DNA of 64,000 nucleotides from Limnothrix sp. BL-A-16. GTDB taxonomy: Bacteria > Cyanobacteriota > Cyanobacteriia > CACIAM-69d. The notes under the pieces were generated by a model that searched no databases, was not told the origin of the DNA, and worked only from the letters and a program-made list of their open reading frames with translations. Positions within the stretch are counted from its first letter, which is position 1; every line of letters starts with the position of its first letter. The translations under genes were made by a program, and so were the position numbers. The stretch is from positions 4,000,001-4,064,000 of the forward strand of contig CP166615.1 in the NCBI GenBank assembly GCA_041937175.2, given 5' to 3'. Of this stretch, positions 20,645 to 30,085 are shown in pieces.

Positions 20645-21808
20645 ATGAAACTAGCGGCGCGGGTCGGACAAGTCACCCCCTCCATCACGCTCGCCATCAC
20701 TGCCAAGGCTAAGGCCATGAAAGCGAGCGGTCTGGATGTCTGTAGCTTCAGCGCCGGGGAGCCAGACTTCCCCACTCCGGCCCATGTGGTGGCGGCAGCC
20801 CAAAAGGCTTTGGATGAGGGCAAAACTCGCTATGGCCCGGCGGCAGGGGAACCGGCCCTGCGCCAGGCGATCGCCCAGAAGCTGAATCGTGATAACCGGT
20901 TGCCCTATGAACCGGAGCAGGTGATCGTCACCAATGGGGGCAAACATGCCCTCTACGGTTTGATGATGGCGACGATCGAAGCGGGCGATGAGGTGATTAT
21001 TCCCGCGCCCTACTGGCTCAGTTATCCAGAGATGGTGGTGCTGGCGGGGGGCAAGCCGGTGATTGTGCCCACCACGGAGGAGACGGGCTACAAGATTACG
21101 CCGGAACAGTTGCGATCGGTGATTACGCCGCGCACCAAGTTGCTGGTGATGAATTCGCCCTCGAACCCCACGGGCAAGGTTTACAGCCCCGACGAAATTC
21201 GAGCGATCGCCCAAGTGGTGATCGAAGCGGATATTGCGGTGGTGTCCGATGAAATTTACGAAAAAATTCTCTACGATGGGGCCGAGCACCTGAGCATTGC
21301 GGCCGTGGAGGGCATGTTCGATCGCACCCTGGTTTGCAATGGGTTTGCCAAGGCCTATTCCATGACTGGCTGGCGGGTGGGCTACCTGGCGGGGCCCCAT
21401 GCCCTGATTAACGCCGTGGCCACCATTCAGGGCCATGCCACTTCCAATGTTTGTACCTTTGCCCAGTTTGGGGCAGTGGCGGCCCTGGAAGAGTCCCAAG
21501 ACTGTGTGGCGGAAATGCTGGCAGCGTTCACGGAGCGGCGATCGGTGATGTTGGAGCGGATCCGGGCCTTGCCGGGGATCACCTGCTCAGAGCCGGAAGG
21601 TGCGTTTTATCTGTTCCCGAATATTACGAAGCTGGGCCTCGGGTCGATCGAGTTTTGCCAGCGCCTCCTGGAAGAGTTCCAAGTGGCCACGATTCCCGGC
21701 TTGCCCTTTGGGTCGGATGCCAACTTCCGCCTGTCCTATGCCACGGATCTGGATACGATTTTGCGGGGTATGGATCGACTGGATAAGTTTGTGGCTTCTT
21801 TGCAGTAG
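20645..21808 (+). CDS. aspC: Aspartate aminotransferase (PLP, class I)
   Basis: [37 protein letters not shown]. Confidence 0.9.
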   Translation: MKLAARVGQVTPSITLAITAKAKAMKASGLDVCSFSAGEPDFPTPAHVVAAAQKALDEGKTRYGPAAGEPALRQAIAQKLNRDNRLPYEPEQVIVTNGGKHALYGLMMATIEAGDEVIIPAPYWLSYPEMVVLAGGKPVIVPTTEETGYKITPEQLRSVITPRTKLLVMNSPSNPTGKVYSPDEIRAIAQVVIEADIAVVSDEIYEKILYDGAEHLSIAAVEGMFDRTLVCNGFAKAYSMTGWRVGYLAGPHALINAVATIQGHATSNVCTFAQFGAVAALEESQDCVAEMLAAFTERRSVMLERIRALPGITCSEPEGAFYLFPNITKLGLGSIEFCQRLLEEFQVATIPGLPFGSDANFRLSYATDLDTILRGMDRLDKFVASLQ

Positions 21809-21953
21809 GCGGCCATCAGCGTTCAATCAGGGCGCTGAATCCTCGATCATGGCTTGATTGATCATGGCTTGATTGGGGGATTCAGCGCCAGCGACGGGGT
21901 TGTTTGAGATGTGTTGATCGCCTCATTCACCGTAATCAGTTCCCCTAACAGCC

Positions 21954-22223
21954 ATGAACCGCCCCACTAATCCTTTGCAAATTTGGCAGTTGGCGACCCC
22001 TTACGATCGGCGAGAGTTTGCCATGGGGCTATTGGTGGCCCTGTCGTTGGGGGTGGGCTTTGGGTTTGGTGCTGAAAATTTCTATGTGGGCCTTTTAACC
22101 GGTTTGGTGGTGATGACTCTTCAGCAGCAACAGTTGGCCACGACGGTGCTGTTGCGGGAACTGGGCAAGGTGCGGGAGCTAGTGGATCAATCGGGCGATC
22201 GGGCTGAGGATGGGCCCGCCTGA
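21954..22223 (+). CDS. Small membrane hypothetical protein
   Basis: 89 aa, two hydrophobic helices, fills the gap between aspC and lptC. Confidence 0.6.
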   Translation: MNRPTNPLQIWQLATPYDRREFAMGLLVALSLGVGFGFGAENFYVGLLTGLVVMTLQQQQLATTVLLRELGKVRELVDQSGDRAEDGPA

Positions 22224-22282
22224 GATTTTGGGGATCCTGAACGGGCGATCGAACCCAGGATGGTGGATTCTGCGGATCGATC

Positions 22283-23998
22283 CTAGGGGCCAAACAGGTT
22301 TGAGAACGGATCTTCAAAAATGCCGGTTTCTGTCCCCAACAGGGCCGGCGGAATCGGCGGCAAGGTGCTGGGAACGGGCGGCGGGCCCACGGGCGTGGCA
22401 GCGGGCCCCGGCGCGGGCGCACCAACGACGGGACTGGGCGCGGGCGCAGGGGAAGCGGCAGCCTGGAGATTTTCCGGGAAGAAGGTCGATCGGGCGCGGC
22501 TGTTGCCCCCGGATTGCAGGAAGATTGCGCCGTCTTTCATGGAACCCACGCCATAGTTACCCCGAGAAATCAGGAAGGGGTTGGCCTGTTGATAAAACAC
22601 ATTGCCGAAGGCTTGAAGTTGCTGATCGCGCATGGACCAAATCAGCCGATCGCTGCTGAGGTTGGCGCTGCGGAGGCGGGACACACCGCGCACATTGCCC
22701 AACATTTCGGCATTTTGGTTTTTGAGATCCATGAAGCCCCGATCGGCGTTTAACACCACCTGCTGTTGTCGTTCGTAGACCGTTACGGGGCGATCGGCCG
22801 TCAGGGACTGGGCTTGGAATTGCCAAATCAGGGAATCGCTGGCCACGTCTACCCCAGGATTACCGGTGCTGACTTGGGCTTGGTTACGCAAAAAGGCAAC
22901 GCGATCCTTTAAGCTCACATCTACCAAGTTGCCCACGGCCCGATCGGAAATGACACAGCGGCCGCCCGCACAGTTAAACCGCTCGATGATGGTGCGGGTG
23001 TCGCTGCTGACCAGTTGCGGTTTTTGTTGCCACACCACCCGCTGGGATTGCACGCGCACGGCGGGATCCTGGCGCACGCCCACCACGTTCCCGATCGCCT
23101 GGGCCACTTGGTCTTTCATTTGCCAAATAATGCGATCGGCCCGCAGTTGCATCGGCGGGTTCTGGCCGGTGGCAACGGCCTTGCCCTCCGCCTGGGCCAC
23201 TTGGTCTTTCATTTGCCACAACACCCGATCGGCCGTCAGCCGGTTGGCTCCCTTGTTCTGAACGGCGACCACATTCCCGATCGCCTCGCTGACTTGCTTT
23301 TTGCGCTGCCACACCAGCCGATCGGTCGTCAGCTTCATCTCGGGCTTGCTGCCGGTGGCCACCACCTTCCCGATCGCCTGTAGCTCGTCGGCCTTCATTT
23401 GCCAAATCAGCCGATCGCTGTCCAACTTCATCTGGCGATCCTTGGAGACCAGCTTCACCGCCTGCACCATCTCCACCCGGCGATCGCGACTGAACGCCAC
23501 CGCCTCCTGGGATTGGATCTTGGCCTGGGGATGATTCAGCGTCACCCCGCCCTTCATTTGCAGTTGGAACTTCGCGGGTTCCCAAGTGGCAGAGCCGCCC
23601 TGGAATTCCATTTTTTCCCGCACATCCTTGGCGCGCAAGTTGCCGGAAACCTTCAAAACTTGCCCGTTTTGTTCCACTTCCCCCTGTTTGGCCGTGATCT
23701 CATAGACCACCTTGCCATCCTGGAACAGCTTGCCCTTCACGTCCGACAGTTTGGCCAGCTTGCGATCGCGAGAATAGCGTGCTTGGTTGGCCCGCACTTC
23801 CCACAACACCTGCCCCTGCTTGTCCGCTCGGTTCAGGGTCAAATTGTCAAATACCAAGTCTCCTTGGAAGTCCTCGGCGGCCTTCGTGTCGGCGGCAATT
23901 CGTTCCTCCCCTCGGTTGCGATTGCCACAGGCCGTGCTCAGGCCGGCAATCAGTGCAAGGGCGACCAGTCCCCGAATAGCGCGAGTTGGAAAGCTCAT
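22283..23998 (-). CDS. lptC: LPS export periplasmic lipoprotein LptC-like, with expanded repeats
   Basis: Lipobox LSTAC, LWEVRANQARY, beta-jellyroll-like L-x-x-D-R-x-x-W repeats; metG-NYN-lptC order recalled as common in cyanobacteria. Confidence 0.75.
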   Translation of the reverse strand: MSFPTRAIRGLVALALIAGLSTACGNRNRGEERIAADTKAAEDFQGDLVFDNLTLNRADKQGQVLWEVRANQARYSRDRKLAKLSDVKGKLFQDGKVVYEITAKQGEVEQNGQVLKVSGNLRAKDVREKMEFQGGSATWEPAKFQLQMKGGVTLNHPQAKIQSQEAVAFSRDRRVEMVQAVKLVSKDRQMKLDSDRLIWQMKADELQAIGKVVATGSKPEMKLTTDRLVWQRKKQVSEAIGNVVAVQNKGANRLTADRVLWQMKDQVAQAEGKAVATGQNPPMQLRADRIIWQMKDQVAQAIGNVVGVRQDPAVRVQSQRVVWQQKPQLVSSDTRTIIERFNCAGGRCVISDRAVGNLVDVSLKDRVAFLRNQAQVSTGNPGVDVASDSLIWQFQAQSLTADRPVTVYERQQQVVLNADRGFMDLKNQNAEMLGNVRGVSRLRSANLSSDRLIWSMRDQQLQAFGNVFYQQANPFLISRGNYGVGSMKDGAIFLQSGGNSRARSTFFPENLQAAASPAPAPSPVVGAPAPGPAATPVGPPPVPSTLPPIPPALLGTETGIFEDPFSNLFGP

Positions 23999-24278
23999 AG
24001 GTGCAGCAGCGGTTGATCCTGAGTCTGATCTTGGGTTGGCCCCTAGGTTGGATTCTGGGTTGGATCCGGCTGAATTCGTTGGGGTTGAATTCGGCTCGAT
24101 CGTGGCCGAGGGGGCTAGCCCATGGGCGATCGCTGGGGATCGAAAAACCGCGATCGTCAACCGCAATTCTAAAGGCGAACGGGCAGGGACGGGATTGCCC
24201 AGGCCAGTTTCTTGCGGGACTGGGGCCCCAGCGGGCTGCCATGCGCACCACAACTGAGGTCTGCAAGGGGGCGCAAGC

Positions 24279-24878
24279 TTAGCTCTCTAAACGCTCTTCA
24301 TCCGCATGGGGTAAGGGATGGTAGGTGTAGCCTTGGCGGGGGCTTTTTTTGATGTCGTCCTTGATCGCATCCAAATCAATATAGCGATCGGCCACGTTGA
24401 TCAAATTGTCGCTGGTCATCGATCGCAAGCTGACCACTTCCACCCGGGCCCCGCGATAGCTCACCGCATCCACCGCATAGGCTAAATCCCCATCGCCACT
24501 GACCAAAATGGCCGTGTCATAGGAACCCACCAGCGCCATCATGTCCACGGCGATTTCCACATCGAGGTTGGCCTTTTTAGACCCATCGGGGAGCTGCACC
24601 AAGTCCTTGGCCACCACCCGATAACCATTGCGCCGCATCCACAACAAAAAGCCCTGTTGCTTTTCGTTGGTGCGATCGACCCCAGTGTAAAAGAACGATC
24701 GCAACAGCCGCGACCCGGCGGTCAGGCGGCAAAGCAGTTTGGTGTAGTCGATTTCAATGCCCAATTGCAGCGCTGCATAGAACAAATTTGACCCATCAAT
24801 AAAGATGGCAACCCGCCCTCGATTTTCCAGAACTTGCTCTGGCGTAAAGATTGGATCTCGCTCCATGTTGCTATTCAT
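24279..24878 (-). CDS. LabA/NYN domain protein (probably the LalA paralog)
   Basis: AIFIDGSNLFY, KANLDVEIAVDM, LVSGDGDL. Confidence 0.88.
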   Translation of the reverse strand: MNSNMERDPIFTPEQVLENRGRVAIFIDGSNLFYAALQLGIEIDYTKLLCRLTAGSRLLRSFFYTGVDRTNEKQQGFLLWMRRNGYRVVAKDLVQLPDGSKKANLDVEIAVDMMALVGSYDTAILVSGDGDLAYAVDAVSYRGARVEVVSLRSMTSDNLINVADRYIDLDAIKDDIKKSPRQGYTYHPLPHADEERLES

Positions 24879-25083
24879 GATTGTTATGCCTCGTCGTTTA
24901 AAGAAGAAGATGGAACCTGCTCGATCGCCAGCCCATCGAAAAAGGTTTCAAAGGTTCTTAAAGAGCAAAAAGAAAGAAAAAGATCATCAAAAGCTCGGGA
25001 CTTTTCAGGAGAGTTCTAGCAACTCCCTTCACGATAACCCGATCGCTCCGGTGGTCAATTCCAGTGCAATCGGTGCTCGCAAG

Positions 25084-26697
25084 TTACTGCGGCATTTCCA
25101 GCTTTTGGAACACGGGTTGCGGTTCCGCCAGCCCTTGCCCTGTCGGTAGGCCACCCCAATGGCCATGCCCCCCTAATTGCTCCCGCAGGGACGGATCCGC
25201 ATTCACGCGATCGAAATCCACTGCAAACCCCAATTGGCCATAAATCCGGCTGCTCAGTTGAGGCACGATCGGGGACAGCCAATAGGCCGCCAACCGCACC
25301 GACTCCAACACCGCATACAGGATTGCTTCCACAGCCGCCCGATCGCCCTGTTTGAACTTCGTCCAGGGGGCCTGCTCGTCTAAGTACTTGTTGCCCGTTT
25401 GCGCCAACGTCAGCACCGACTGACAGGCCTCGTGCAGCGCCATGGCCCGATAGGCTCGCCCTGCTCGATCGCCCAACGTCGTGCCCAGTTGGCGCAAAGG
25501 ATCCGTTTCCGCCACCGTCACCGACGGCACCCGACCCTCGCAATACTTGTGGGCCATCTTGAGGGTTCGGTTCAGCAAATTTCCCAAATCATTCGCCAAG
25601 TCCGCATTCACGATATTAATAAACCGCGTTTCATTGAAGTCCCCATCGCGGCCAAACTCAATTTCCTTGAGGAAGTAGTAACGAACCGCGTCGCTCCCAT
25701 AACGATCGATCAATGCCACCGGATCGATCGTATTCCCCAGCGTTTTGCCCATCTTTTGGCCATCTTTCGTTAAGAAGCCATGACCAAACAACCGTTGGGG
25801 AATCGGCAACCCAGCCGACATTAACATTGCTGGCCAATAAATGGCATGAAACCTCAGGATATCCTTACCAATCACATGGGTACTGATCGGCCACCAATGC
25901 TTCAGGGCATTCTCCAGGGTCGGGGCTTCACCGGGTTCTAACAGTGCCGTCACGTAGCCCAACAGCGCATCAAACCAAACATAAAGCGTATGCTTGGGAT
26001 CATTGGGCAGTGCGAATCCCCAGTCGATGTTGACTCGTGAAATGGAGAAATCTTGCAGCCCCCGTTCCACAAATGCCAACACCTCATTGCGGCGACTTTC
26101 CGGTTGAATAAATTCCGGATGGTCTCCATAAAATTGCTGAAGGGTCGCTTGATATTTGGAGAGCCGGAAAAAATAATTTTCCTCATCGCGCCACTCAGCC
26201 TGCTTGTTGGGATGCACCAGGCAATGATGATCCTCCGTTAGCTCCCGTTCTTCCTTAAATTCTTCGCAGGAAACGCAGTACCACCCCTGTTGCTTGCCAG
26301 AATAAATGTCCCCCGCAGCCCAAACCCGCTCAAAAAATTCCACCACAATGGCGCGATGTCGCTCGTCCGTTGTCCGAATGAAGCGATCGTAACGGATATT
26401 CAGCTTTTGCCAGAGATCGGTGAAACCCTGGACAATCTCATCACAGTGTTCCTGAGGGTTTTTGTTGCGTTCCTGGGCTGTCCGTTCGATTTTTTGGCCA
26501 TGCTCATCGGTGCCGGTAATCATTAGCACCGGATGCCCCTGTAACCGATAAAAACGGCCCACCGCATCCACCGCCATCGTGGTGTAGGCACTACCGATGT
26601 GGGGTAATGCGTTGACGTAATAGAGGGGGGTTGTGATCGTGAAGGGGGACGGTTGGAGGGGAGGCGGGGAACTGGTCAAATCTTCGGTGACAACCAT
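25084..26697 (-). CDS. metG: Methionine--tRNA ligase
   Basis: TTPLYYVN..PHIGS, TGTDEHG, YVWFDAL, KMGKT. Confidence 0.97.
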   Translation of the reverse strand: MVVTEDLTSSPPPLQPSPFTITTPLYYVNALPHIGSAYTTMAVDAVGRFYRLQGHPVLMITGTDEHGQKIERTAQERNKNPQEHCDEIVQGFTDLWQKLNIRYDRFIRTTDERHRAIVVEFFERVWAAGDIYSGKQQGWYCVSCEEFKEERELTEDHHCLVHPNKQAEWRDEENYFFRLSKYQATLQQFYGDHPEFIQPESRRNEVLAFVERGLQDFSISRVNIDWGFALPNDPKHTLYVWFDALLGYVTALLEPGEAPTLENALKHWWPISTHVIGKDILRFHAIYWPAMLMSAGLPIPQRLFGHGFLTKDGQKMGKTLGNTIDPVALIDRYGSDAVRYYFLKEIEFGRDGDFNETRFINIVNADLANDLGNLLNRTLKMAHKYCEGRVPSVTVAETDPLRQLGTTLGDRAGRAYRAMALHEACQSVLTLAQTGNKYLDEQAPWTKFKQGDRAAVEAILYAVLESVRLAAYWLSPIVPQLSSRIYGQLGFAVDFDRVNADPSLREQLGGHGHWGGLPTGQGLAEPQPVFQKLEMPQ

Positions 26698-26954
26698 GGA
26701 TCGACAGACGAGATTAGGGGGATTTGTTAAGCGGAAAAACTGAGTATTTTTTCACAGCTTCTTAGAATACGGCCGAACCGAGCTTGCCGTCTATGGAGTA
26801 CGGGGCGGGAGTCTGGGAGAGTTGAAGGAATTTTGGATCCAATTTTGGGCTGCAATTTAACCGAACCGGGGGACTGGGGCCAGCTTTACCCTAGGCGATG
26901 AGGGGGAAAAGCGGAGGGAACGATCGGGGTTTCCATAGATTTGTGCAGATTTGC

Positions 26955-27060
26955 GCGGAAGATGCCCCAGGAATGCACTCATCCTGCGGCCTAGTTGAGT
27001 AACTTCGGTTGTTGGGCTAGGACTGGTATCCCTACGCCTTGAGGCTGCGGAGGATGTCAA
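26955..27060 (+). mobile_element. Orphan IS200/IS605 right-end / omegaRNA-like remnant (no tnpB)
   Basis: C(UUCG)G stem-loop with G-U pairs on +, then ATCCC..GCC-TTGA-GGC..GGAGGATGTCAA, resembling cyanobacterial tnpB element right ends (hairpin plus TCAA). Confidence 0.6.
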
Positions 27061-27524
27061 TCTGCCGTCAATCGGTAGGGGCTGCGCATCCCTGGCTTGA
27101 AGGTTCCAACCCAAACCTCGTAGGTGCCAGCCGGCCATTGGGGTGCGGTCACTTGGGCGGAAGCCGTGCCCACGGTGTCATCGCCACAGAGGAGCAGTCC
27201 GTTGGGGCCGCGCACGGCCAAGGTGGTGTCGTCTTGGCCGCTGTTGACACTGAGGGTCAGGTTGGCGATCGGGGTTTGCAGGGTCAGGCGGTGATTGGGA
27301 CTCAGGGAGCTGAAGCCAAGACAATCGTGGCCCGCTTGGTCGGTCGATCGCCCCAGGACAGCGGAGGGCAAGTCATGGGAGCCGATCGCCGTGCCGGTGA
27401 GGGAACCCTTGGGACTGTTGTTGGAAAGGGTCAAGTCTCCATCAATGGAAGTCTGGGCGATCGCGCGGGTGGCCCAGCAGCTCACCATGGCACAACCTAA
27501 GGTCAAAATCAGGGCAGGTTTCAC
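27057..27524 (-). CDS. Secreted hypothetical protein (pre-peptidase C-terminal-like beta domain)
   Basis: Signal peptide; DTTLAVRGP...CGDD...GTYEVWVG. Confidence 0.75.
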   Translation of the reverse strand: MKPALILTLGCAMVSCWATRAIAQTSIDGDLTLSNNSPKGSLTGTAIGSHDLPSAVLGRSTDQAGHDCLGFSSLSPNHRLTLQTPIANLTLSVNSGQDDTTLAVRGPNGLLLCGDDTVGTASAQVTAPQWPAGTYEVWVGTFKPGMRSPYRLTAD

Positions 27525-27645
27525 GGTTGAAGGACTCTAGTTGCAAGCTGAATGGGTACTATTCAACCTATTCTCAGCGGTGCGACCTTGGCCCGCCGTT
27601 TCGACCTATTTTTGATCCGACTGTGGCAGTTCCACGGAGACAAAG

Positions 27646-27825
27646 ATGCCGTTAATTTTGGGGGCGATCGGGGCGGTGGCCCTGCTGCTGTTTTTGGACT
27701 GGACTGTGGTGGGGGCCTTTGTGGCCGTTATTCGTGGCTGGGTGGGTTGGGTGTTGCCGTTGCCCGGTTGGTTGGCGGCCGTTGGGGGATTGGCTTTTTT
27801 GGTTTGGTGTCTGAGTGAGGATTAG
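27646..27825 (+). CDS. 59-aa hydrophobic small membrane protein (below ORF-track cut-off)
   Basis: GGAGA upstream; MPLILGAIGAVALLLFLDWTVVGAFVAVIRGWVGWVLPLPGWLAAVGGLAFLVWCLSED. Confidence 0.6.
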   Translation: MPLILGAIGAVALLLFLDWTVVGAFVAVIRGWVGWVLPLPGWLAAVGGLAFLVWCLSED

Positions 27826-27834
27826 CGCTGAAGA

Positions 27835-27882
27835 TTGGGTGTTGAGAATTGGGTGTTGAGAATTGGGTGTTGAGAATTGGGT
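27835..27882. repeat. 14-bp tandem repeat (GTTGAGAATTGGGT x3 plus partial)
   Basis: Read directly. Confidence 0.85.
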
Positions 27883-27924
27883 ACTTTTAAAATCGCATAG
27901 TCCTAGCAGTTAGTCCTAGCAGTC

Positions 27925-29988
27925 CTAACGGGGTTCGATCGCGGCGGCAACCGCCAATGGCTGTTTGGCATCGAGAGGCAGTTGCCCATCGATCGGAATT
28001 TCGATCGTGAAAGTGGTGCTCTGGCCCAGCTGCGATTGGCAACTGAGGCGACCACCATGCTTTTCCTGCACAATTTTGTAGCTGATGGATAGGCCCAAAC
28101 CGGTTCCTTTACCCACATCTTTGGTGGTGAAAAAGGGGTCAAAAATGCGCTGAAGCAAGCCATCGGGAATGCCTAAGGCATTGTCTTGAATTTGGATTTT
28201 GACCCATCGATCGGGCGTGGTTGCCGTAAAAATTTCGATGGTGGGGATCCGCTTCTCCTGAGGATTCAGAATTAATTCCTCTAATGCATCGATCGCGTTC
28301 GAGAGCAAATTCATGATCGCTTGGTTTAATTGCCCCGGATAGCAGGTGACCAAAGGTAGATCGCCATAGTGCTTTTTCACCACAATCTCCGATCGCCCCT
28401 TACCCGACTTCAAGCGACTGCCCAAAATCACCAAGGTGTTATCAATTCCTTCATGGAGATTGACCTGTTTATAGTCTGCTTCATCCAGCCGTGCAAAATT
28501 TCTGAGGGAAGTCACGATTTCACGAATGCGTGATGCTCCTACTTCCATGGAACTCAGCAGTTGGGAAAAGTCTTCGATGATAAAATCCAACTCCTCATCA
28601 TCAATAGGGCCGCTTTCGGATTCCACTTGTAAAGGCTGATCATCCCGATCGCGGTAAGCTGCCATCACAGTCAACAGTTGATTCATATAGAGCTTGGCGT
28701 GAACTAAATTACCGTAGATAAAATTCACAGGATTATTAATTTCATGGGCGATTCCTGCTACTAATTGCCCTAAACCTGACATTTTTTCACTCTGAACTAA
28801 CTGGCTTTGAGCTTGCTTGAGTTCCAGCAGAGTCGCTTCCAAATCATCATTTTTCTGGCCCAGGTCAACCACGACCGTTTGAATTTCGGCTGTCATGCTA
28901 TTGAACGTGGCGGCTAAGGCTCCCAACTCATTTTGTTGTGAAACTTGAACCTTGGTTTGATAGTTGCCTTCTCGGATTTTTTTGGCGGCCGCCGTTAATA
29001 AGGTCAAGGGCTGAATGAGCGATCGCGTGACCAACATCCCGATCGCGGTCGAGATCATAATTGAAATCAATAGGGCCCCCAACAACACTAAGCCCCACTG
29101 TCTGACGGGGGCATAAACTTCCTGCAAAGGCAGCTCCACCACCACATACCATTGGATACTAGACATATAATCCGTGACCCCGAGCACTGGCACATTTGCT
29201 AGACCTTGATAGGAGCGAACTCGGTTGGAATTGGTTCGTTTTTCCGTGGCGTATTGAGTGACATTGGCAGGTGCTTTTTGCAACTGAAAACGCTGATAGG
29301 TTTCGTTGGGCGATCGAGTTTTGGCAATTAATATCCCTCGTCGATCCAGAATGTAGGTATAGCCTGTTTGACCGACTCGATTATGAGCAACAATAAAATC
29401 AAGAAACTCTAAATTAACTTGAGCCACTAGTACCCCATCCAATTGATCTTGCTGGTTATGCACAGGAATGGCGATGGTGATTGCGGGAACTTGTGTCCTA
29501 GGATTCAGTTCCACTTGGGTAATCTGTCGAGATTGATATTGAAACACCCGTTGCACCACGGAATAATAGGGACGAGTGAGGGCAATGGCCGCCGCTTCAT
29601 CACGCACGTAGGGGGCAATGGTAGTTAATAGCTTGCCCTGGCGATCGAACAGGGCAACAGACTCATAACTGTGGTTATCGCGCACCAATCCTTCGAGCAT
29701 ATTGCGATGTTCCCAAGGATGTAGCTCGCTGAATCCGCGCACCTTGGTTAAATAGCTCAAATGGAGTTGCATATCGTCCAAATAGGTCTCAATGCGACTG
29801 ACGATCGATTGGGATCGAATTTGTTGAAGCTGCAAAGTGCGATCAATATAAGACTGGTAGCTCAAACTAATGAGAGCACCCCCAATTAAAACCACATTAC
29901 CGATCACCAAGGTCACCAATCCCACTCGCATTAACATTGCCAGGGAATATTCACGAGCAAAGAAACGGCGGAAAAAGGTTGCTTTCAT
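27925..29988 (-). CDS. Sensor histidine kinase (dCache, HAMP, HisKA, HATPase)
   Basis: Two TMs, NELGALAATFNSM HAMP, AHEINNP, DPFFTTKDVGKGTGLGL. Confidence 0.92.
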   Translation of the reverse strand: MKATFFRRFFAREYSLAMLMRVGLVTLVIGNVVLIGGALISLSYQSYIDRTLQLQQIRSQSIVSRIETYLDDMQLHLSYLTKVRGFSELHPWEHRNMLEGLVRDNHSYESVALFDRQGKLLTTIAPYVRDEAAAIALTRPYYSVVQRVFQYQSRQITQVELNPRTQVPAITIAIPVHNQQDQLDGVLVAQVNLEFLDFIVAHNRVGQTGYTYILDRRGILIAKTRSPNETYQRFQLQKAPANVTQYATEKRTNSNRVRSYQGLANVPVLGVTDYMSSIQWYVVVELPLQEVYAPVRQWGLVLLGALLISIMISTAIGMLVTRSLIQPLTLLTAAAKKIREGNYQTKVQVSQQNELGALAATFNSMTAEIQTVVVDLGQKNDDLEATLLELKQAQSQLVQSEKMSGLGQLVAGIAHEINNPVNFIYGNLVHAKLYMNQLLTVMAAYRDRDDQPLQVESESGPIDDEELDFIIEDFSQLLSSMEVGASRIREIVTSLRNFARLDEADYKQVNLHEGIDNTLVILGSRLKSGKGRSEIVVKKHYGDLPLVTCYPGQLNQAIMNLLSNAIDALEELILNPQEKRIPTIEIFTATTPDRWVKIQIQDNALGIPDGLLQRIFDPFFTTKDVGKGTGLGLSISYKIVQEKHGGRLSCQSQLGQSTTFTIEIPIDGQLPLDAKQPLAVAAAIEPR

Positions 29989-30085
29989 GGTGATGTGATG
30001 AAAAAGAGAAAAATCCCTTGAACCCGGTCTGAATTTGGTGAGCAATGGTCAAGGCTCAAGGATAACGGTCTTGAACTAAGAAGTC

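Noticed and set aside
27552..27818. 88-aa track ORF
   Set aside because: The overlapping 59-aa frame has an RBS and coherent membrane-protein composition
27835..27882. Repeat arrays here and at 31392-31446 as possible CRISPR
   Set aside because: Units are 12-14 bp and adjacent, with no unique spacers and no cas genes
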